Source: Planctomycetota bacterium
GTDB taxonomy: Bacteria; Planctomycetota; Planctomycetia; JALXBF01
Assembly: GCA_026991575.1 (NCBI GenBank)
Contig: JALXBF010000181.1
Location: forward strand, 32,699 to 96,698
Direction of reading: 5' to 3'
DNA: 64,000 nucleotides
Shown here one piece after another: positions 46,739 through 55,442 of this stretch. Position numbers and translations under genes: made by a program. The notes beneath the pieces are model-generated. The model did not search any database and was not told the origin of the DNA. It saw nothing but the letters and a program-made list of their open reading frames with translations. Positions within the stretch are counted from its first letter, which is position 1. Each line of letters begins with the position of its first letter.

Positions 46739-48337
46739 TTACCGCCGCGTTGCAGCCGGGCCGTCGCGCACGTAGACGACCGCTACCGCGCCGCGGAGCA
46801 GCGCCCGTCCCAGCCGCGCGTCCGGTGCCAGGGACCGTGTGCGGTCATCGTACACGATGAGCGTGGGACGGTAGCGGGTTCGGCACAGTTCTGTGACCGC
46901 TCGTTCCAAGTGGTCCGCAGCGCCCGGTTCATACATGTGGCTCATGTCCACCATCACAAGCACGATGGCCGCAGGGGGGGCTTCGCGGAGGCGCCGGGCG
47001 ACGACGCGCTGCAGTTCCGCTGCCTGCGGCGCTGCCACCGTCAGCGGATGGATGAACGCGTAGCGCACCGCGCAGCGGCGCGCCGCGAGGAAGTAGATCT
47101 GTGGTTCAGAGCCGAAGATAAACACGGCCTCCGTCGCGGCCGTCCGACGACGCAATTCGTCTGCGATCGGCTTGGACTGGTGAAAGAGCTCGGGACCGTA
47201 CAACTCGTGCACGTGGCGGCGGGCATCCCAGCGGAAGAAGTAGTCGAAGTCGGTCAGAAGTGGCAGGCCAGCCGTGGCCAGTAGCGCAACAGGCCATAGC
47301 AGCTCAACGCGCACACGAACAAGGTCCAATGCCCGGGCAGCCAGCACGCAGACAACCGGCGCGGTCAGCTCAAAATAGTGCGGGTAGTACCGGAAACCCA
47401 GACTGACCGACACGAATGCCGGCACCAGCCACCATGCCAGCACGGTGCGGGTAGGTGCCGCAGAGGCAGGAGCCACCAGGCCGGCTATGGCCAGTAAGTA
47501 CAACAGCGGGTTTGAAACGAGTAATGGCCAAGCGGCACGTGCAAAGTTGAGCGGAGCCCTGCCAAGCGGTTCGCGGCGCACGTACGAGCGCACGTTGTAG
47601 GTGAGCACCCCTTCGATCAGGTGACTCAGGGACCCCACGAGCGCAAAGAGTGCTCCGACCGCAGCGACCAACAGAAGGCCGCCGGCAATGTATGCAGCCA
47701 GCAACTGCAGCCGCCGACTTCGACGCAAGCCCGGTCTTGGCTCGAGCACGAGGAGCACAAGCCCGAAAAAGGCGTAACCGACCGCCTGTTGCTTGGTTAA
47801 CCCTGCCAGGCCCATCAGAACGCCGGCTGCCAGCGCAGCCAGCGGCCGCGTGGTGTAACCGAGGATCGCGATCGAAGCCAACGCAAATGGCAGGAGCAGC
47901 AGTTCCAGATTGATCGACGCTCCCTGCAGGGCGGCCTGCGCGTTGTGAACCGCAAACAGAAACGCTGCGGCCACCGCGGTCCAACGACTGCCCCCCAGGC
48001 TGCGGACGCAGGCGGCCAGCGCAACGACAGCGAGCCCGACCCACAGGGCTCCCCCGAGGTGGGCCGCACTCGGGGATTCCCCAAAGAGGCGAAAGAACAG
48101 CCAGTAAAGTGCAAAGCCTACCGGTGGCTTGTCTGAGAATACGTCCCGATACGGCACGTCCCCCTGGCTCATCCGCTGAGCCATGTACGCGTAGAGCCCT
48201 TCGTCACGATCCAGCGGACGGTCAACGAGTGGTAGCCGCACGAGCACGGCCAGAACAGAGGCAGCCGCCACGCAGATGGCGTAGGCATATCGGTAGGCTG
48301 CGGGTGTGCTTGTGTGGGGCTCGGGCGGTCGTGGCAT
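46739..48337 (-). CDS. GT-C fold glycosyltransferase (family 39/ArnT-like)
   Basis: LDRDEGLY (DE motif), PYRDVFSDKPP, LAGLTKQ, YYPHYF, EPQIYFLA; multi-TM. Confidence 0.88.
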   Translation of the reverse strand: MPRPPEPHTSTPAAYRYAYAICVAAASVLAVLVRLPLVDRPLDRDEGLYAYMAQRMSQGDVPYRDVFSDKPPVGFALYWLFFRLFGESPSAAHLGGALWVGLAVVALAACVRSLGGSRWTAVAAAFLFAVHNAQAALQGASINLELLLLPFALASIAILGYTTRPLAALAAGVLMGLAGLTKQQAVGYAFFGLVLLVLEPRPGLRRSRRLQLLAAYIAGGLLLVAAVGALFALVGSLSHLIEGVLTYNVRSYVRREPLGRAPLNFARAAWPLLVSNPLLYLLAIAGLVAPASAAPTRTVLAWWLVPAFVSVSLGFRYYPHYFELTAPVVCVLAARALDLVRVRVELLWPVALLATAGLPLLTDFDYFFRWDARRHVHELYGPELFHQSKPIADELRRRTAATEAVFIFGSEPQIYFLAARRCAVRYAFIHPLTVAAPQAAELQRVVARRLREAPPAAIVLVMVDMSHMYEPGAADHLERAVTELCRTRYRPTLIVYDDRTRSLAPDARLGRALLRGAVAVVYVRDGPAATRR

Positions 48338-48397
48338 TGCCAACTGGGGAGCTGGTTCGAGAACCGGTACCAGGATGACATACCGTTGAGCGTATTA

Positions 48398-48412
48398 TTG
48401 ACGGACCGTCAA
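48398..48412. promoter_or_regulatory. Perfect palindrome TTGACGG-A-CCGTCAA in a divergent intergenic region (possible operator)
   Basis: Seen directly; it overlaps the right arm of a second inverted pair, CCGTTGA (48383-48389) / TCAACGG (48409-48415). Confidence 0.45.
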
Positions 48413-48455
48413 CGGCGAGCTGATGGTTACCCGAACCGGCGTAGGGCTCCGTGCA

Positions 48456-48980
48456 ATGGCCGCTTCTACGACACCTGCAGATGAACACCGGGCGGCAGGG
48501 CCGCAGCAGGTACGGTGCGCGGTGATAACGGTCAGCGACACGAGGACCCTAGAGACTGACCGCTCGGGAAGCTTGGTCGTCGAGCTGCTGGAGGGAGCGG
48601 GGCACCAGGTCGTTGGCCGCGTGCTCGTCCCCGATGAGCCGCGCCGCATCCGGCACGCCGTGGGCGAGTGGCTGCATGGCGGTACTGCCGACGCGGTGCT
48701 TGTAACAGGGGGTACCGGCATCAGCCCGCGAGATCGCACTTACGAGACCGTACGGGCGTTGTTTGCCCGTGAGTTACCGGGGTTCGGTGAGCTGTTCCGG
48801 ATGCTGAGCTATCAGGAAATCGGTCCGGCCGCGATGCTCAGTCGCGCAACTGCCGGTGTCGTTGGTCATACGGTGATCTTTGTGCTGCCCGGCTCGACTG
48901 GCGCCGTCCGGCTGGCATTGCAGAAGCTGATCCTTCCGGAACTCGGTCACCTCATTGGCCTGGTGCGCAAGTCGACCTGA
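48456..48980 (+). CDS. moaB: Molybdenum cofactor biosynthesis protein, MoaB/MogA family
   Basis: AVITVSDTR..DRSG, VPDE, TGGTGISPRDRT, PGFGELFR, AMLSRA, LPGS. Confidence 0.93.
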   Translation: MAASTTPADEHRAAGPQQVRCAVITVSDTRTLETDRSGSLVVELLEGAGHQVVGRVLVPDEPRRIRHAVGEWLHGGTADAVLVTGGTGISPRDRTYETVRALFARELPGFGELFRMLSYQEIGPAAMLSRATAGVVGHTVIFVLPGSTGAVRLALQKLILPELGHLIGLVRKST

Positions 48981-49304
48981 GCGTGCCGGACGACGGTGTT
49001 GCTGCCGGTAGCGCGTCGTGACCTGTCTCGAGTGAGAATCGCAATCGGATCGTCCAAGGGGGTGGCATGATGTTTCATCGTTGACGATCCCTGTTCCGAG
49101 GACCCGGCCGCGCGGCACTGCGCTGGCGACCCGACGGCCGAAGGCACGTTGGCTTCCCTCAGTGTGCGCTGGCCCAGCCGGACGGTCGCGGGCCGGCAGC
49201 CAGCCGCACCCGTGCCACCGCATCTGCATCGCTGCAGGCGTTGGGCAGCTGCACAGCGGCACGCCTTCGATCAAGTTGGACGGCGGCCCCAGATGCTCCG
49301 GTGG

Positions 49305-50225
49305 TCAGTCTTCGACTCCCTCACGCGGCTCCCACTCGACCAGCAGCTCACGCTGGACCCGCAACAGGAACTGCGCGATCCGTTTGTCCAGGTCGAACCG
49401 GAGCGTGGGATCCAGCAGGAAGGTGCCCTGGAGCTTGGTATCCAGCGGCACCAGCTGCGAGCGGCGGCCGCCGGGCGTGACCGGACGGAACAGCCGCCAG
49501 ATCCGTTCGGCCTGCTGGCGGTATTTCGCGTCTCGGGCGCCGTAGGCGATCATGAACGGGATCGCACGCTGCAGCTGCCTGATCGGCTCGCTGATCTTCA
49601 GACCGCGGTAGTTGACCACCGGAGACAGCAGCACGAGAGCCTTAACGTCCTGGCCTGCTTTGATGAAGCCCACCGTGCCGTAGCTCCAGTCATAGTAGGC
49701 CCACAGCGTGGCGATCGTAGCCCCGAATTCGGCGCCCACCAGGCACAGCCGGGAGATGTTCAGCTCACCTTCATTGTGCCGCTTCAACAGCCACTTCTTG
49801 GCTGCTTCCACATCGGCCACCATCGCGCGTAGTTGAGTGGCCGTACGGAATCGCTTTAGCGTCAGAGGCATTCGCTTCTGGAGCTGCGGCGGCACCACGC
49901 GGTCATCGTATCGCGTGCTGTAACGGTGTGCTCGAAAGTCCAGGATGAGGACAGCAAAATCGGCCTCGCGTAGCGTGCCGATCAACGGCTCCCAGTCGTC
50001 GTAGTTGCGGCCGAACATGTGCAGCAAGATGACCGGTGCCGCTTCCTTGCCGAGCGACGAAGGGTAGTAGACCCCAGCGATCAGCACGCCGTCGTCCGTG
50101 GTGAACTGGACTTCCTTCGGCTCGGGCCGCTCTTCCCGCTTCTGCCGGTCTTGCGCCACGGTCAGGCTCGCCAGCATGGCCAAGCCGACCGCGATCCCCG
50201 CGTAAAGCCAATGTTCCACTCGCAT
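49305..50225 (-). CDS. Secreted alpha/beta-hydrolase-fold protein with non-canonical catalytic positions
   Basis: GGAGG RBS, signal peptide, FTTDDGVLIAGVYY, VILLHM, VLILDFRAH, LVGAEFGA elbow, LVLLSP. Confidence 0.85.
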   Translation of the reverse strand: MRVEHWLYAGIAVGLAMLASLTVAQDRQKREERPEPKEVQFTTDDGVLIAGVYYPSSLGKEAAPVILLHMFGRNYDDWEPLIGTLREADFAVLILDFRAHRYSTRYDDRVVPPQLQKRMPLTLKRFRTATQLRAMVADVEAAKKWLLKRHNEGELNISRLCLVGAEFGATIATLWAYYDWSYGTVGFIKAGQDVKALVLLSPVVNYRGLKISEPIRQLQRAIPFMIAYGARDAKYRQQAERIWRLFRPVTPGGRRSQLVPLDTKLQGTFLLDPTLRFDLDKRIAQFLLRVQRELLVEWEPREGVED

Positions 50226-50428
50226 GGGCGTCCTCCAGAAACGCCTTCGCCGGCGAATTGCTACCACGTTTAAGTCTACCCGATCAGCGTTGCCCCGAGC
50301 CCCCCGAAGGTGCTTCAACCGCTGGCCGCCTGTTACCGCTGAGGCAAGACCAATCAACGTGCTATAGTGACTTCGTTCTCCTAGTCGGCAATCGGCAACA
50401 CGGTTCACACTCCAGAGAGCGGTGCACG

Positions 50429-53400
50429 ATGAGGACTCATCGCCCCGCGCTGCCGCTTGCGTTGATGGCCGGCGTGCTGCTGGTATCGCTTGAGCCGTTG
50501 GCTGGTCAGGAACGCTCGTTTCCGCCGGTCGCGCCCACCGATCCGCTGCCGCCCGACAGAGAGCAGGCTGCTCTGCACGTGCCGTCGGGCTTTCGGATCA
50601 CGTTGTTTGCTGCCGAGCCGCTCATCGGCAAGCCCATGAACCTTGCCTTCGATGCTCGCGGCCGGGTCTGGGTGACCCAGTCGTTCGAGTACCCGTTCCC
50701 AGCTGCGGACCCGGCCTCAGCACGCGATCGCATCACCGTCCTGGAAGACACCGACGGCGATGGGCGTGCCGACCGAGCCAGAGTCTTTGCCGACCGTCTG
50801 AACATTCCGATCGGACTCTTACCCGTCCCCGGCGGTGCCATCGCCTACAGCATTCCGCACGTCTGGCACTTCCTCGACGACGACGGCGACGGCACTGCGG
50901 AGACGCGCCAACCGATCCTTGGCCCGTTTGGCTATGCGGACACCCACGGAATGGTCAATTCCTTCACCTGGGGTTTCGACGGCTGGGTTTACGCATGCCA
51001 CGGTTTCGCGAATCACTCACGGCCCCGTGCGCGCGGTGGCACCGAGCTGTCGCTCCACTCCGGCAACACGATCCGCTTCCCGTACGATGCACGTACGGTA
51101 GAGCAGTTCAGCTGGGGGCAGGTGAACCCGTTCGGGCTGGCGTTCGACGAATATGGCGATCTGTTCTCGGCCGATTGCCACAGCCGACCGATCTCTCTGC
51201 TGCTCCGTTTCGGCTACTACCCCAGCTTTGGCAAGCCGCACGACGGGCTCGGATTTGTCCCCCCTATTTGCAGCCACGATCATGGTTCCACAGCCATTGC
51301 CGGTATTTGTTTCTTGCTCGACGATCGCTGGCCGGAGGCATGGCGCGGTGCCGTCTTGACCGGGAACGTCGTGACCAACCGTGTGCAGAGTGACCGGCTG
51401 CGTTGGCAGGGCGCGACGCCGACTGCGGAGCACGGGCCAGACTTTGTGCGCTCCGACGATCTCTGGTTCCGGCCCGTTGATGTCAAGCTCGGACCCGACG
51501 GCGCCGTGTACATCGCGGACTTCTATAACCGCATCATCGGCCACTACGAGGTGCCGCTGACTCATCCCGGGCGCGATCGGACTCGCGGCCGCATCTGGCG
51601 GATCGAGTACGTTGCCGCGGGCAGGCAAGCTCGGCCACCGCGGCTCGATCAAGCAGACGCTGCTGCACTGGTAGCATACCTCGGCCATCCAAACTTCACG
51701 GTACGGATGCTCGCGGCCAACGAGCTTGTCTTTCGCATCGGTCGGCCTGCCGCGCGGCGGTTGACTGCGGTTGTCCGTAGCAGTGATCGCAGCAATCCCC
51801 GTCAGCGCGTCCACTCACTGTGGGTGCTCTATCGGCTGGGCCGGTTATCGCACGAGGTGCTTTGGACGGCCGCCAGGGATCCGGACCCCCGAGTCCGTGC
51901 CCATGCTGCTCGGGTCTGCGGTCGCATGGGCGCTGAGGATCCGCGGCGGCGTGAGGTTCTAGCGATGCTGGCGCAGGACCGAAGCGCACGGGTCCGCTTC
52001 GCGGCGGTCCAGGCCATGGCCGAGGCGCCCCATGAGGATTATGTCGATGCCGTGTTGGCGGTCCTGAGACAGGCAGCGAACGATCCACTGCTACGACATG
52101 CTGCGCGGATTGCGCTGCGCAACCACCTGCAGTTGCGACAAGTACAAGAGCGGTGGCGCCGCGCACTGACGGCCCCGTCCGCCCACGCGTTCGCGGACGT
52201 TGCGCAGGGCATTCAGCACCCGTCCGTCGCCCGCCTCTACTTGAGGTGGATCATAGAGACCGGTGCCCCGCTTGATAGCCAGGCAGCCGCCTACTTAGCC
52301 GCCACCCTGCCTGTGTCCGATCTCGAGACCCTGGCTGAACGAGCCGTTGTCGGTCGAACGTCCTCGGCGGACACGCTCCAGCTTCTGGCCGCCATCCTCA
52401 GGCGATTGCGCGGCGCTGCAAGGCAGGTTCCGAACCCGCTGCGGCGCCTTGCGGAGCGGGAGGTGGCCAGAGCGCTTAAGTGCCGCGACCAGCAGGCATT
52501 GCTAGCGGCAATCGAGCTGGTTGAGGCTCTCGACGATGACCACCACCTTGCCGCGATCGCGGCACTGGCCTGCAACGAGCGGGTGCCGGTCCCAGTACGG
52601 GTGCGCGCGCTCCGGATGTTCGCCGCCCGTTCAGATCCACGCCTAGGGGCGTTGCTCGACCAACTGTTTGCCCGGCCGTTGCAGCAGCCGCAACTGACCC
52701 TGGCCGCGGTCGACTACGCTGTGGCGGTCGACGGGCCCGAGATGGCCGAACGGCTACGGGTACTTCTGGCCACGTTACCTTCCACGGCTGCCACGGCGGT
52801 CGCCGTGCGACTGGCCGGCAGCCGTGACGGCCTGGCGCTCCTGGTCGGGGAGGTTGAGCAGGGGAGGGTTCCCGTTGACGTGCTGTTGCACCCGGCGGTC
52901 CGCGCGGCTGCGGAGGCGTATCCGGACCTGGCACGGCGGCTGTCAGAACTGACGCAAGACGTGCCCCGGCGTGACCAGCGGGTCACAGAACTGATTCGCC
53001 GCATTGGCGAGAATGCCGACAAGGTGCTCCGGGCCGACACGAAGCTGGGCCAGGAACTGTTCCAGAAGCACTGTGCACCGTGCCACAAGCTGCGCGGGGT
53101 CGGCGGTGACATCGGACCAACACTGGACGGCATCGGTGCGCGAGGTCTGCAACGGCTTGCTGAGGACGTGCTGGATCCGAACCGAAACGTTGACCGCACC
53201 TTCTGGCGTACGTTGGTGGTCCTAAGGGACGGGCGCGTGTTGAGTGGCCTGGTGCGCGCGACAGCCGAAAGTCCTCGGACGATCGTCCTCGTGGACGAGA
53301 ATGCCGAGCCGCACCGCATTGCCCGCTCGGAGATCGAGCGTATGCGCCGCGTGCGCATGTCTCCTATGCCGGATAACTTCGCCGAGGTCTTGTCCGAGGC

Positions 53401-53470
53401 TGAGCTGCACGCGCTGCTAGCGTACCTGCTGGGGCAATCCGGAACAACACGGGTACAGACGAGCGATTAG
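50429..53470 (+). CDS. PVC-type heme-binding CxxCH protein
   Basis: Signal peptide, GFRITLFAAEP, LEDTDGDGRAD, VNPFGLAFD, WFRPVDVKLGPDGAVYIADFYN, HEAT repeats, CAPCH with IGPTLDG and SPMPD. Confidence 0.93.
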   Translation: MRTHRPALPLALMAGVLLVSLEPLAGQERSFPPVAPTDPLPPDREQAALHVPSGFRITLFAAEPLIGKPMNLAFDARGRVWVTQSFEYPFPAADPASARDRITVLEDTDGDGRADRARVFADRLNIPIGLLPVPGGAIAYSIPHVWHFLDDDGDGTAETRQPILGPFGYADTHGMVNSFTWGFDGWVYACHGFANHSRPRARGGTELSLHSGNTIRFPYDARTVEQFSWGQVNPFGLAFDEYGDLFSADCHSRPISLLLRFGYYPSFGKPHDGLGFVPPICSHDHGSTAIAGICFLLDDRWPEAWRGAVLTGNVVTNRVQSDRLRWQGATPTAEHGPDFVRSDDLWFRPVDVKLGPDGAVYIADFYNRIIGHYEVPLTHPGRDRTRGRIWRIEYVAAGRQARPPRLDQADAAALVAYLGHPNFTVRMLAANELVFRIGRPAARRLTAVVRSSDRSNPRQRVHSLWVLYRLGRLSHEVLWTAARDPDPRVRAHAARVCGRMGAEDPRRREVLAMLAQDRSARVRFAAVQAMAEAPHEDYVDAVLAVLRQAANDPLLRHAARIALRNHLQLRQVQERWRRALTAPSAHAFADVAQGIQHPSVARLYLRWIIETGAPLDSQAAAYLAATLPVSDLETLAERAVVGRTSSADTLQLLAAILRRLRGAARQVPNPLRRLAEREVARALKCRDQQALLAAIELVEALDDDHHLAAIAALACNERVPVPVRVRALRMFAARSDPRLGALLDQLFARPLQQPQLTLAAVDYAVAVDGPEMAERLRVLLATLPSTAATAVAVRLAGSRDGLALLVGEVEQGRVPVDVLLHPAVRAAAEAYPDLARRLSELTQDVPRRDQRVTELIRRIGENADKVLRADTKLGQELFQKHCAPCHKLRGVGGDIGPTLDGIGARGLQRLAEDVLDPNRNVDRTFWRTLVVLRDGRVLSGLVRATAESPRTIVLVDENAEPHRIARSEIERMRRVRMSPMPDNFAEVLSEAELHALLAYLLGQSGTTRVQTSD

Positions 53471-53472
53471 CC

Positions 53473-55377
53473 ATGGCGTGCTACACGCTGCTGGTCTTCC
53501 TGCTGCTGGCTGGGGAGCCGAGCGACTACTTCCTTATCCAAGTCGTAGACGCGGACACAGGTCGACCGGTGCCGTTAGTGGAATTGCGTACGGTCAACGA
53601 GATTCGCCACTACACGGACAGCAATGGCATTGTCGCTTTTAAGGAACCGGGCCTGATGAACCGCCAGGTCTACTTTCACATTTGGAGCCACGGGTATCAG
53701 TACCCCGCGGACGGATTCGGTTATCGCGGCGCGCGTCTGTTGACCAAGCCCGGAACGACGGCCGTGCTGAAGATCAAACGGGTGCAGATTGCTCAACGGC
53801 TGTATCGCGTTACCGGCCAGGGGATCTACAACTACAGCCGGCTGGCCGGTCTGCCCACGCCACTTCGTTCCCCAGACCTGAACGGCCAGGTGATGGGGCA
53901 GGACAGTGTGGTGAATGCCGTCTTCAAGGGGAAGATCTACTGGTTCTGGGGCGATACGAACCGGCCGGCATATCCGCTGGGCAACTTTCACGTCCCGGGA
54001 GCGACGTCGCTTCTGCCGGGCAAAGGGGGGCTAGACCCGGAACAGGGGGTGGACCTGCACTATTTCGTGGACCGCAACGGGTTTGCCAAGCAAACCTGTC
54101 GCATGCCCGGCCGGGGGCCCACGTGGATTGGCGGGCTGACGGTGGTACGTGACCGACGCGGGCGCGAGCGCATGTTCGCCGCCTATGCCAAGATCAAGCC
54201 TGGTTCGCTGCAGGCGTACCGCCGAGGCATCGTGGAGTTTGATGACGAGGAAAAGGTCTTTCGCGAAGTGTGTACGCTACCGGCCGAGCGACGGGCCCGG
54301 CCCACCGGCCATCCGCTGTACGTGGCGCTGGCCGGTAAGCAGTGGGTGTTCTACGCAGCACCGTTTCCGTTAGTGCGTGTGCCTGCCGTGGCGGAACGTG
54401 TCGTCGATCCCGGCGCCTACGAAGCGTTGACGGCGTTGCGAGCGGGTGAGCGCGCAGCGGAGGGTCGCCTGGACAGGGACGGCTCCGGCCGGCTCCGCTG
54501 GGCCTGGAAGCGCGACAGCGACCCGCTGACCGCACAAGAGCTGCTGGAACTGGTGCGTTCCGGCAGGCTGAAGCGGGAGGAGATTCCGTTTCAGCTGAGG
54601 GACCGCGACAGCGGCAAGCCGATCATGCTCAACGCCGGTTCGGTCTACTGGAACGCGTATCGGCAGCGCTTCGTGATGATTGCTGAAGAGGTGTTCGGAA
54701 CATCGATGCTCGGCGAGGTCTGGTATGCCGAAGCGGACACGCCGGTCGGACCGTGGGGCTATGCCGTCAAGATCGTGACCCATGAGAAGTACAGCTTCTA
54801 CAACCCGAAGCAGCATCCGATGTTCGACAAGCACGGTGGCAGGGTGATTTTTTTCGAGGGAACATACAGCACGTTCTTGAGCGGCGCGCCGTTCCCGACG
54901 CCGCGTTACAACTACAACCAGATCATGTACAAACTGGATCTGGCCGATCCGCGGCTGGCGTTGCCAGTACCCGTGTACGATGTTTCCGAGCGGGGCGTGA
55001 GCAATCGCTTCCGGACGCGACTACCCGAACGGAAGGCAGGGCGTGGTTCACGGGTCGCCTTCTTCGCGTTGGATCGGCCTGTCAACGGGGCTGTCGCGGT
55101 GGTTGCGGACAGCAAGACTGGCCGGCTGGTGGTTCGGCCCCAGCCCGACTCTGGGCAGGAGGCGTTGTTCTATGTGTTGCGCGAACCGCCGGCGGGTGAG
55201 AGCCCGGTGGTGCCGCTGTATGAGTACGTCTCGACAGCGGGTGACCACCAGTACCGCTACGCGACGACGGCATCGGCCGGCTGGGAAGGGTACCGCCGTA
55301 GCGAGCGGCCGCTGGGCTACGTCTGGTCCAAGCCCTACCGGACCGAGCTGCTCGACGAGGTCCTGGCTGAGTTCTAG
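53473..55377 (+). CDS. Secreted hypothetical protein (Ig-like N-domain, putative beta-propeller, C-terminal three-repeat domain)
   Basis: Signal peptide; IQVVDADTGRPVP prealbumin-like start; IYWFWGDT; YNPKQHP; C-terminal PLYEY...GY...PLGYVW. Confidence 0.82.
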   Translation: MACYTLLVFLLLAGEPSDYFLIQVVDADTGRPVPLVELRTVNEIRHYTDSNGIVAFKEPGLMNRQVYFHIWSHGYQYPADGFGYRGARLLTKPGTTAVLKIKRVQIAQRLYRVTGQGIYNYSRLAGLPTPLRSPDLNGQVMGQDSVVNAVFKGKIYWFWGDTNRPAYPLGNFHVPGATSLLPGKGGLDPEQGVDLHYFVDRNGFAKQTCRMPGRGPTWIGGLTVVRDRRGRERMFAAYAKIKPGSLQAYRRGIVEFDDEEKVFREVCTLPAERRARPTGHPLYVALAGKQWVFYAAPFPLVRVPAVAERVVDPGAYEALTALRAGERAAEGRLDRDGSGRLRWAWKRDSDPLTAQELLELVRSGRLKREEIPFQLRDRDSGKPIMLNAGSVYWNAYRQRFVMIAEEVFGTSMLGEVWYAEADTPVGPWGYAVKIVTHEKYSFYNPKQHPMFDKHGGRVIFFEGTYSTFLSGAPFPTPRYNYNQIMYKLDLADPRLALPVPVYDVSERGVSNRFRTRLPERKAGRGSRVAFFALDRPVNGAVAVVADSKTGRLVVRPQPDSGQEALFYVLREPPAGESPVVPLYEYVSTAGDHQYRYATTASAGWEGYRRSERPLGYVWSKPYRTELLDEVLAEF

Positions 55378-55442
55378 GCGGCGCGACCAAGTACAATGAG
55401 ATAAACACGTTACGAGGCGAACCGGCCTCGGGGAGGCGCAGC

